Shown: positions 25,251 through 32,181 of the stretch, piece after piece
Layout of the letters: each line of letters begins with the position of its first letter
Numbering within the stretch: the stretch's first letter is position 1
IMG/VR virus record: IMGVR_UViG_3300009111_000015
Span: 1 to 32,181 of that record
DNA from: a virus
Taxonomy: Duplodnaviria; Caudoviricetes
DNA length: 32,181 nucleotides
Direction: 5' to 3' (one strand)
Program-made: the position numbers and the translations under genes
The notes under the pieces: generated by a model
Database searches by the model: none
What the model saw: the letters and a program-made list of their open reading frames with translations, nothing else
What the model was told of the DNA's origin: nothing

Positions 25251-25551
25251 TGCCTATATCCAATCTTCGCTTCATATCTTCGATTGACAAACGTAACGAA
25301 TCAAAACTCTCAACACCTGTACTATTGAAAAATATGAATCCTCCGTCTCTTCCTTTTTTAAGATCACTAATTTCCGCTTTCAATGCATTAATCTCTTCGC
25401 GCAGTCCTTGAATATCGTCAATCTCCGGATCACGCGGAAAGATATCCTCATCGCCATCGCAAAAAAGAAATCCGCTAAAATACGGAACACCGAATACATC
25501 AGCATTACCTAATTGACCGACAAGGTCCATATCTCTTGGATGATTACCCAT
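25243..25551 (-). CDS. hypothetical protein with coiled coil (102 aa)
   Basis: TAATG overlap at 25551 with RBS GGAGGG; 'LREEINALKAEISDLKK' heptads. Confidence 0.65.
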   Translation of the reverse strand: MGNHPRDMDLVGQLGNADVFGVPYFSGFLFCDGDEDIFPRDPEIDDIQGLREEINALKAEISDLKKGRDGGFIFFNSTGVESFDSLRLSIEDMKRRLDIGSV

Positions 25552-25892
25552 TACTGTACCCTCCATGTCGAATCACGCATTGCCTGGATACACTCCTGCT
25601 TTACATTAGAAGGAATGAGACGTTCGACCATCATGCGTGTAAGTTTGATATCGTAACATTGATTATTCAACTTATCCTCGAATGGACGATGCATTCGGAC
25701 AAAAGTATTTTCCGCTTCCGGTCGTATAATCTTCACGCGCGCATACGCTGTACCATTGTTGCAATTCAACTTGACCGCTGAAAAGAAAGAAAATATTACC
25801 ATAAGCATACTCATGGTAACGACCGACGCCTTGAAATCAAAAGCAATTCCTGATATCCTTCCGTGAGAGTTCTTTTTCAATCTTACGAACAT
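25551..25892 (-). CDS. hypothetical single-TM membrane protein (113 aa)
   Basis: hydrophobic 'VVTMSMLMVIFSFFSAV'; RBS AAGGAAGG. Confidence 0.7.
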   Translation of the reverse strand: MFVRLKKNSHGRISGIAFDFKASVVTMSMLMVIFSFFSAVKLNCNNGTAYARVKIIRPEAENTFVRMHRPFEDKLNNQCYDIKLTRMMVERLIPSNVKQECIQAMRDSTWRVQ

Positions 25893-25909
25893 AGCGGCCC
25901 TTCCTTACG

Positions 25910-26584
25910 TTAATTCGTCAATCCTATTTTGTCACGTTTATATTTCATGGAAAATATCGAAGTGAATATCTTATCCAAATACGTATCGGCATCTTCAGAT
26001 GTCTCTCTTGACAATTTGAACACCACTGTCGTTTTAGGTAGTGTATAATAAATACTTCCGATGTAAAGACTATAGAATTTGTGCTGCGTTCTATTTGCAC
26101 TTTCCGTAATCGTCAATGTGTCGTAATCAGTAAGGATAACATCATCAGTTTCCGTACGATATTTAAATCTAAAGAAAAAATGAGCTGTATCTGTTTCGTC
26201 AACGGCATACCGAAGATATAAACGGATTGAATCGTTTAGGCGTGCGTCAGGGGGAATCAGTTTAGTTCCGCACACCATGCTCATCGAAGTACCGCTCCAT
26301 GACGGAAGAGCGAATTCCGTAGTGCCCATCTCCTCCACTATTGGAATAGACGAACCATGTGTCAATGAAGCCACCGGAATGTCACTTTCATACCATTTAA
26401 CAGCTATTGAATCCAGTATAAGTCCCGAATCACTAACGATGACTGAACCTTTAAGAGAAGCGTAATCCAAAACAGACAATCGACGAGTTGACCGTTCAGA
26501 ACTCGCTCCTATGAAAAGTAAACTTACAGCCGTAACGGCAAGTGTTATGGCAAATACTTTAAACTGTCCCCAATACTTACCCAT
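25910..26584 (-). CDS. hypothetical protein with N-terminal signal/anchor (224 aa)
   Basis: 'KVFAITLAVTAVSLLFIGA' followed by a beta-rich domain. Confidence 0.7.
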   Translation of the reverse strand: MGKYWGQFKVFAITLAVTAVSLLFIGASSERSTRRLSVLDYASLKGSVIVSDSGLILDSIAVKWYESDIPVASLTHGSSIPIVEEMGTTEFALPSWSGTSMSMVCGTKLIPPDARLNDSIRLYLRYAVDETDTAHFFFRFKYRTETDDVILTDYDTLTITESANRTQHKFYSLYIGSIYYTLPKTTVVFKLSRETSEDADTYLDKIFTSIFSMKYKRDKIGLTN

Positions 26585-27585
26585 GTTCCACTCGAATCTT
26601 TAATGTGATATAGATATGATGCAGTTGCAACTACTCCCCATCCGTGGGGGTAAAACGTGGTATCGTCGTGAACAACTATCCCTCTAATATTGAGTACCGT
26701 GTCCCCGAAATCAATAAAAATCGTATCGATATGGCGAGTAATTGACTGTATTTTAGCGCCTGTCAATCCTATCTTCAACCCGCTTGAAGCATCAATAACA
26801 GAAGAATCGCATGTAATAGTAACGGTACCTAAACCTTCAGCGGAACTGATCTGAACCGGTCCGCTTGCAGTACCTATAGCACACAGAGTAGTTCCACCAA
26901 TAACCAAATTCTGTCCGTCAATGACACTAAACCCGGATGCGGCATTTTTAATAAAAATGGTACTATCAACGACCAAACGCGCCTTTACATGTACGGTATC
27001 ATGCCGTAACTCAATACCCTTGGTGATGCTTTGTCCGGCATGTATCATTAAAACACCTGCCGTATCATTTTTGCATCCGAAAAGAGCACTGCTTTTCCCA
27101 CCAATCGTATGAGGTTCGAGAACGATTTTCCCCGAATCCCTATTTGCATAAAACGGAAATTCAATTCCTCTTCCTGTGAACAGAACAACAAACCCCGTAT
27201 CACCGCTTGACATATGTATATTTCCGCCCGATGCACGATCATTGCCGAGTAATGTCATCCAAGCACCACGAGCTGCGTCTCCCGTCATACCTGCACCGCT
27301 TATCGTGAGGGATTTATTGTCATAACCATCGGCGGTATTAGCTCCGATAATTCCATACGTTGACGAATCAAACTGGACGTAATAAGGGAACGTCGTATAA
27401 TGTGTCAGGTAATCATATTTTATCCCGGTGGTGCAGATAGAGCTATCTGATATACGATTGTGCAGTACCTTGTCGGTTGCGAAGTTTCTCATGGTCACTT
27501 TACGAGTGAGTAACGAATCAAGATAAACATCGCCCGCGACTACCATGAATACGAAAAGGCACAGACTTGCAAATATTTTATACAT
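26545..27585 (-). CDS. hypothetical Gly-rich, fibre-like protein with signal peptide (346 aa)
   Basis: MYKIFASLCLFVFMVVAG signal-like N-terminus; 'IGANTADGYDNKSL...RGAW..L.GN' segment resembles tail-fibre modules; overlaps terL by 8 nt. Confidence 0.7.
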   Translation of the reverse strand: MYKIFASLCLFVFMVVAGDVYLDSLLTRKVTMRNFATDKVLHNRISDSSICTTGIKYDYLTHYTTFPYYVQFDSSTYGIIGANTADGYDNKSLTISGAGMTGDAARGAWMTLLGNDRASGGNIHMSSGDTGFVVLFTGRGIEFPFYANRDSGKIVLEPHTIGGKSSALFGCKNDTAGVLMIHAGQSITKGIELRHDTVHVKARLVVDSTIFIKNAASGFSVIDGQNLVIGGTTLCAIGTASGPVQISSAEGLGTVTITCDSSVIDASSGLKIGLTGAKIQSITRHIDTIFIDFGDTVLNIRGIVVHDDTTFYPHGWGVVATASYLYHIKDSSGTWVSIGDSLKYLP

Positions 27586-28903
27586 TGACTACCGTTTCGA
27601 AGAGATGTTCTTGTTGATGATTCTCATCATAGTACTGTGATCCGGTGTACATACCCATATCATTGTCAAGCAACATGTCCTGTTCAAAAGCATACCGTGC
27701 CGCTGTTATAGCATGATCGTTGACTTCAAGCGGCTGATTGATCGGATCGCCTTCCTTGTTTTTCATCCACTGGAAAGAAGAGAGCTCATTGATGGAATTC
27801 GCCAGATTCTTGTCCACAACATGCTTCCACTGTTGGAGCCATTGCAGCCCAAATATCACCGAGTCCTTGCCCTTCTTGACAGGTTCGGCGTTCATTGAAT
27901 AGTGCGAACCGTTGACGCCAAAGCCTATCTGCAGTTCCATAATGCTCTTTGGTTCCGCGCAATCCCACCAGATGACGTTTTTTCCGACAAGATCTTTTGC
28001 CTTGACGAGAATATGTTGATTGGTTAATCCACGCTCATATATCTCATCAAGCCAGTAGATGGTTTTGTTTTGTTTGTCAAGAGCAAATCGAACGATAGCG
28101 GTCGGATCATTAGTGAAACCGAAATCACCGCCGAAGCGATAGGTTGAGAACTTTTCCTTTACCGCTGATAGATCGGCGATTGACCAGTTGGTGAAAATGA
28201 GATTACCGAGTACTCCCCATTTGCCCTTGGCGTATACATCGTAGTAATACCCAGTTTTACTTTCGATCTTTTTACGGTCTTGTTCGGTTAGAAATCTATT
28301 GTCGATATGAGTGGTGTGGAGGATAAGGATTTCATTAGGTACATACTTGTAAGTAATCCACTTGCCGCCGAAAAACCTCTTGCATATCCAATGGTTCCGC
28401 ATGATAGGATTGAAAAAGAATCGCATGCGCTTCACCACTGGAGAAAGACCGCGCAATCGGAGTTCAAGCTGTTCAAAATCAGCCAGTGTTAGTTCGGTCG
28501 CTTCCTCGATATCGATATCGGTGATAATTCCGTTCGGTACTATGATGGATTTCAATTTCTCTACGTTGTCAAGTCCACGAAAATACATTTTTCTATTATC
28601 GGGACGATACGTAATCTCCATCGGGCTTTCGGTTATTTTGAAATCTTGATCAAGATGGAATTGAGATATGGCTTTTTTCGTTTCGGAAAAAATCGATGAA
28701 CCAAGAGTATCGGCAACTTTTCGAACAATGAGATAATTGCGCGGTTCATTCACGAAATTTTCGATTCTGCTTTGCGCACCAAAAGCGCTTTTGCCGGAAC
28801 TTGATCCGCCGTAGAATATTTGAAGAGGAGCTTGACAATGAAGACAAGGGAAGTATCGATCATTGAATACGTCCCGTGCAATGGATACTTCAGCTAATGC
28901 CAT
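27578..28903 (-). CDS. terL: terminase large subunit, PBSX family
   Basis: Walker A 'YGGSSSGKS', Walker B 'IDIEEATE', 'FNP', nuclease motifs 'GDFGFTNDP', 'DCAEPKSI', 'DHAITAARY'; likely start MALAEV at 28903. Confidence 0.96.
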   Translation of the reverse strand: MALAEVSIARDVFNDRYFPCLHCQAPLQIFYGGSSSGKSAFGAQSRIENFVNEPRNYLIVRKVADTLGSSIFSETKKAISQFHLDQDFKITESPMEITYRPDNRKMYFRGLDNVEKLKSIIVPNGIITDIDIEEATELTLADFEQLELRLRGLSPVVKRMRFFFNPIMRNHWICKRFFGGKWITYKYVPNEILILHTTHIDNRFLTEQDRKKIESKTGYYYDVYAKGKWGVLGNLIFTNWSIADLSAVKEKFSTYRFGGDFGFTNDPTAIVRFALDKQNKTIYWLDEIYERGLTNQHILVKAKDLVGKNVIWWDCAEPKSIMELQIGFGVNGSHYSMNAEPVKKGKDSVIFGLQWLQQWKHVVDKNLANSINELSSFQWMKNKEGDPINQPLEVNDHAITAARYAFEQDMLLDNDMGMYTGSQYYDENHQQEHLFETVVNV

Positions 28904-28910
28904 AAGTAAA

Positions 28911-29327
28911 CTAATTAGTAGGGGTGGAATCCTCACCTAACTCTTCGCCTTCCGGTAGGGTTGTTTCGTCAGCACCTTCGGCGTGTACAACTATACGGCT
29001 GTCGTGTACTTCGATCACGTCCTTGATCTTTCCCTCCGTTCGGTTGGCGATGAAATCACGCGCATCATCATCACCGGTTTGAGCTTGGTAGTATGTTGTG
29101 TAAAGCATCGCCTGACGTGCGTTGAGTTTGGTCATATCGATAGATGGGAACTTGTCTTTGAGTGTACGGGTTACATCGGGAGAAGCGGGACCATCGCCAA
29201 TCGCCCGCAACAGATCAGGAATACACTTCGCTGCGGGAGGGCGGCCTTTCGGATTACCTGACTGCCCCGGAAGCCACACTTTCCCCCTTGGCGCTTTTTT
29301 AGTGTTAATAATCTGTTTTTCAGACAT
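28911..29327 (-). CDS. terS: terminase small subunit (DUF5681-like N-terminus)
   Basis: 'PGQSGNPKGRP' motif, 'RTEGK'; immediately upstream of terL. Confidence 0.85.
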   Translation of the reverse strand: MSEKQIINTKKAPRGKVWLPGQSGNPKGRPPAAKCIPDLLRAIGDGPASPDVTRTLKDKFPSIDMTKLNARQAMLYTTYYQAQTGDDDARDFIANRTEGKIKDVIEVHDSRIVVHAEGADETTLPEGEELGEDSTPTN

Positions 29328-29353
29328 TTGGCATCCTTCTTGCTCTTATAATA

Positions 29354-29382
29354 AATATAACACCGATAAATTTTTATGTCAA
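29354..29382 (-). promoter_or_regulatory. sigma70-type promoter for packaging/structural operon
   Basis: TTGACA (29382-29377), 17-nt spacer, TGnTATATT extended -10 (29359-29354). Confidence 0.85.
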
Positions 29383-29385
29383 TAT

Positions 29386-29414
29386 AAAAAAAAAGAGGGC
29401 CTTTTGAGCCCTCT
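29386..29414 (-). terminator. rho-independent terminator
   Basis: AGAGGGC-TCAAAAG-GCCCTCT followed by a long T run. Confidence 0.9.
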
Positions 29415-29446
29415 CATTCGGAGGATAGATGCGGGATGCTTTACTT

Positions 29447-29680
29447 TTAATGAATCACTTTCACAAATCCATCACTATCAGTCGGAAACCCAAGATCATC
29501 TGAAAACCCATTATACACTTTTATAAACCCTGCGTCGGTTATAGAAAGAATATGGCCTTTGCTGCGCGGTATTCCGGATGGATCGACTACAACCAGATCA
29601 ACACCACCGTGTACATTTAGCTTCAACCGCAGAAAGTTGACATTATCATCATCCTTCTCATCGAAAATGCGTAACTTCAT
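29447..29680 (-). CDS. hypothetical protein (77 aa)
   Basis: RBS GGAGG, ATGA coupling. Confidence 0.8.
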   Translation of the reverse strand: MKLRIFDEKDDDNVNFLRLKLNVHGGVDLVVVDPSGIPRSKGHILSITDAGFIKVYNGFSDDLGFPTDSDGFVKVIH

Positions 29681-29791
29681 AAAACCTCCGTATATTCATC
29701 GAAATCAATACCCATATCCTCAAATGATTCACCGACCAACTCTTCAATTTCCTCTTGTGTCAATTTCTCTTCTTTCATAAAACCTCCGTAT
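29676..29791. repeat. 18-bp direct repeat spanning RBS and start (ATACGGAGGTTTTATGAA on minus strand)
   Basis: identical copies at 29676-29693 and 29774-29791. Confidence 0.85.
29677..29778 (-). CDS. small acidic protein (33 aa, not in ORF track)
   Basis: MKEEKLTQEEIEELVGESFEDMGIDFDEYTEVL; RBS GGAGG; ATGA overlaps at both ends. Confidence 0.65.
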   Translation of the reverse strand: MKEEKLTQEEIEELVGESFEDMGIDFDEYTEVL

Positions 29792-30119
29792 TTCTTCCAC
29801 TTAAACCATCGCTGGAAAAGAAATCCCGTGTTTCTTCCAGTTCACCATTTTCTTCAATCCACCTTTCCATAATTTTGTTGCAAATTTCAGCCGTGATATC
29901 TGCAGTGACGAAACACTCACCGACCAGAATACCAATACTGTATTTCTCACAATTGAAAACCTCAACAACCCCCGGTTTATTAACAATCTCCTTAAGTAAA
30001 TCATCAGGAAGTTTATCATATCTGAAATGAATCGTCGCATAGTATTGATTTTTTAACGATATCTCTCCATGACAGATTTTAAACGAATGGCTAAAAACAT
30101 TGTTCTTCATTTTCTCCAC
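29775..30119 (-). CDS. hypothetical protein (~114 aa)
   Basis: coupled ORF chain; RBS GGAAGGAGG. Confidence 0.7.
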   Translation of the reverse strand: MEKMKNNVFSHSFKICHGEISLKNQYYATIHFRYDKLPDDLLKEIVNKPGVVEVFNCEKYSIGILVGECFVTADITAEICNKIMERWIEENGELEETRDFFSSDGLSGRNTEVL

Positions 30120-30273
30120 CTCCTTCCGCTTTTTTGTTTTTAATCACCCATTGATAATGTGAACAAATACTCGGATATCGTTTCTGCGGGTTATCGTCGG
30201 GCAAATCAGACAACGAACAGAAACCGATATTGTTCCGCGGACACCCGTTAATCCCACAGGGTATCAGATTCAT
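30091..30273 (-). CDS. small Cys-rich hypothetical protein (60 aa)
   Basis: RBS AAAGGAG; four Cys, possibly metal binding. Confidence 0.65.
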   Translation of the reverse strand: MNLIPCGINGCPRNNIGFCSLSDLPDDNPQKRYPSICSHYQWVIKNKKAEGGGENEEQCF

Positions 30274-30394
30274 CGTCAGGCTCCTTTTCGATTTTATCCA
30301 TTAACCAATCTTCGAAATACGACGTATTATCGGTTTGATGCAACCATTCATTGTATAATTCTACCGCACTTTGTATTTTTTCTCTCCTGGTCAT
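30248..30394 (-). CDS. small hypothetical protein (48 aa, not in ORF track)
   Basis: MTRREKIQSAVELYNEWLHQTDNTSYFEDWLMDKIEKE...; ATGA coupling. Confidence 0.65.
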   Translation of the reverse strand: MTRREKIQSAVELYNEWLHQTDNTSYFEDWLMDKIEKEPDDESDTLWD

Positions 30395-30567
30395 TTATCA
30401 CCATCCTCATCCAATTTCAGCTGATCGATATCCGGAGCAAAATAAATAGAATTATTCGAAAATGGAAGATTCACTCCGGTATAAATTCCTAAAAGTTTAT
30501 CAAGTTTATTAAATGTAGACCGATCAGAACATTCGGTCTCTATCTCAACAATATACTTGTATATCAT
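30391..30567 (-). CDS. small hypothetical protein (58 aa, not in ORF track)
   Basis: MIYKYIVEIETECSDRSTF...; ATGA overlaps at both ends. Confidence 0.65.
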   Translation of the reverse strand: MIYKYIVEIETECSDRSTFNKLDKLLGIYTGVNLPFSNNSIYFAPDIDQLKLDEDGDK

Positions 30568-30737
30568 AATATCACAAACTCCATTTCATGTTTTGAAGTT
30601 TTGATTTCCATTTCCAGATCGCACTCCTTTTTCAACTCGTCAGACAACCATCTGCGAAAAGATTTTTTCGACCTGTTGTGGTATTTACATTCGTCGAATA
30701 GGAGAATTGCCGCTTGTATCTCTTCTTTTCGTGTCAT
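30564..30737 (-). CDS. small hypothetical protein (57 aa, not in ORF track)
   Basis: MTRKEEIQAAILLFDECKYHNRSKKSFRRWLSDEL...; RBS GAGGAG. Confidence 0.7.
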   Translation of the reverse strand: MTRKEEIQAAILLFDECKYHNRSKKSFRRWLSDELKKECDLEMEIKTSKHEMEFVIL

Positions 30738-30740
30738 AGG

Positions 30741-30992
30741 TTACTCCTCAAGTTTAATATTAATAAAAGAACGGAATTCTTCGTATGCATCGCTTCCACC
30801 GAGAAAAAGACTACAATATTCACGAAGAACTTCCGAAGCAGTCCGGTACTTCTCCTTTTTGACGGCGATAGACGCTTTGTAATCAAGAAACCAATCGGCA
30901 AATGAGACACTATCGAAAGCGTCACTCTTATAAAATAACTCCATCGCTTTATCAACCGCCTCAATCTCCTGTTTTGTCAATCGTTCCTCCAT
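30741..30992 (-). CDS. hypothetical protein (83 aa)
   Basis: RBS AAGGAGG; part of coupled chain. Confidence 0.75.
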   Translation of the reverse strand: MEERLTKQEIEAVDKAMELFYKSDAFDSVSFADWFLDYKASIAVKKEKYRTASEVLREYCSLFLGGSDAYEEFRSFINIKLEE

Positions 30993-31150
30993 CTCATCGC
31001 CTCCTTTTGAACTGATTTATGATTAACGATATACCGTAGTATTTTTACGACGGCATCGCTTCCGATCGTCCTGCAGAAATCCGCGACATCCGCCGGGAAC
31101 CTGATATCATATTTTTTCATCGGATCATCGTATTTTGATTTTCTACCCAT
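30977..31150 (-). CDS. small putative DNA-binding protein (ribbon-helix-helix-like, 57 aa)
   Basis: MGRKSKYDDPMKKYDIRFPADVADFC: basic arm, beta strand, then helix; RBS GAGG. Confidence 0.55.
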   Translation of the reverse strand: MGRKSKYDDPMKKYDIRFPADVADFCRTIGSDAVVKILRYIVNHKSVQKEAMRWRND

Positions 31151-31183
31151 GATTATCCTCTTCAAAAGTTCCATAACAGGCAT

Positions 31184-31354
31184 CTACAATACCGGCGCTA
31201 TTAACGTAGCCGGATCAAATATACAATTAGTGACTCCATTACTAAACGGACATTCTTTTGTCCAATAGGGTTCAAACCTTTTAGTACATGGATTATATAA
31301 TTCAGCGTTCTCTGGTATTACCTCACCAATCTGAATATTTTTATATACTTTCAT
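31184..31354 (-). CDS. small hypothetical protein (56 aa, paralog of upstream ORF; not in ORF track)
   Basis: MKVYKNIQIGEVIPENAEL...; ATGA coupling. Confidence 0.75.
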   Translation of the reverse strand: MKVYKNIQIGEVIPENAELYNPCTKRFEPYWTKECPFSNGVTNCIFDPATLIAPVL

Positions 31355-31539
31355 AAACCCTCTTTCTCGTCCTCTTCAACTGGAACACGCAGCCATCCTG
31401 CCGGAAAGCAAACGTTAGGTATTCCGCTAACAAATGGTATTTCATCATTCCAGTAACGTTCCCATGGTCCGTCATCTATCCAACGAATTTCCGCATCCAT
31501 CGGTATAACTTCACCAATCTGAATGTTTCGGTATTTCAT
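31351..31539 (-). CDS. small hypothetical protein (62 aa)
   Basis: MKYRNIQIGEVIPMDAEI...; RBS GGAGGAG. Confidence 0.75.
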   Translation of the reverse strand: MKYRNIQIGEVIPMDAEIRWIDDGPWERYWNDEIPFVSGIPNVCFPAGWLRVPVEEDEKEGL

Positions 31540-31703
31540 ACCTTATACTCCTCCCGGATATGTCTATCAAAATCCGACCCCGGTATTCCCTTTTGACAAA
31601 TAGGGCATTCGAACCTCACGGATCTTTCCGCAATCTTGAACGCGATCAATCCGACAACCGAGACAATAACGAAGCACAACACGGCCTGAATACAAGGATT
31701 CAT
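31536..31703 (-). CDS. small TM + zinc-finger-like protein (55 aa, not in ORF track)
   Basis: MNPCIQAVLCFVIVSVVGLIAF..FECPICQKGIPGSDFDRHIREEYKV; TAATG and ATGA overlaps. Confidence 0.65.
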   Translation of the reverse strand: MNPCIQAVLCFVIVSVVGLIAFKIAERSVRFECPICQKGIPGSDFDRHIREEYKV

Positions 31704-31906
31704 TATTTGCCCCCCTCTTTTACGATAATCGTATTAGGATACCCGCATACAACATATTGACAATTTAGATTTCTTTCGAAAAAGCAGGGACATATCTTGC
31801 ACTCAAGAGATCCGACAAACTTGTTCTTCTTAAATCGACACCTTGTCATACATTCATTTGTTGAATAATCAACAGAATACCTCATCTTATGGATTTTGAT
31901 TAACAT
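31703..31906 (-). CDS. small Cys-rich hypothetical protein (67 aa)
   Basis: 'VGSLECKICPCF' motif; coupled chain. Confidence 0.7.
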   Translation of the reverse strand: MLIKIHKMRYSVDYSTNECMTRCRFKKNKFVGSLECKICPCFFERNLNCQYVVCGYPNTIIVKEGGK

Positions 31907-32115
31907 ATACGAAACTCTCCCCGTTGAACCGCCATACGAATGTTATGGAGAGCATACCTATCCCAGCGATGGGATTCTGTCCACGCGATACAAACAATCT
32001 CCGGATCACCAGCGCATGATTCCGGTATATCCATTAACGGATCGGGGATAATAATTCCACGTTCACCTTGCCATTCGATGATAGCTCCAATTGTCAAATC
32101 TGATTTCGTAAGCAT
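31900..32115 (-). CDS. hypothetical protein (71 aa)
   Basis: RBS GAAGAGG; coupled chain. Confidence 0.75.
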   Translation of the reverse strand: MLTKSDLTIGAIIEWQGERGIIIPDPLMDIPESCAGDPEIVCIAWTESHRWDRYALHNIRMAVQRGEFRIC

Positions 32116-32181
32116 TTGTTGACCTCTTCTTTTATTATCGATTTAGTTTGCATAACTATAGAAAGGATTTGAGTATCAACA

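Noticed and set aside
989-31760. Many plus-strand ORFs of 60-190 aa
   Set aside because: They are antisense shadows of well-supported minus-strand genes and lack RBS or motifs.
758-32115. Alternative genetic code (stop-codon reassignment)
   Set aside because: Core genes are full length under code 11, and TAA, TAG and TGA all serve as stops.

Overview
About 31 kb of a tailed (siphovirus-like, HK97-fold) bacteriophage or prophage, almost entirely on the minus strand. Reading from the right: a cluster of tiny, tightly coupled accessory ORFs (29.4-32.1 kb); a terminator plus near-consensus sigma70 promoter; terS and terL (PBSX type); a 3.5 kb insert of signal-peptide or membrane proteins, a class-3 lipase and a holin-like protein; a portal fused to a MuF/gp7 domain; prohead protease, major capsid, decoration and connector genes; then tail terminator, tail tube, tail chaperone with a -1 frameshift, tape measure and tail-tip/adhesin genes. 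A translationally coupled five-gene modification cluster (GT2, GT32-like/methyltransferase fusion, methyltransferase, radical SAM, GT2-TPR) sits inside the head-tail joining module and is a candidate virion glycosylation and glycan-tailoring system. The first ~620 nt on the plus strand hold an array of attC-like hairpins bracketing very small cassettes whose ends are mutually complementary, resembling an integron cassette array. No integrase, replication genes or peptidoglycan endolysin are recognisable. All calls come from motif recognition by eye; no searches were run.
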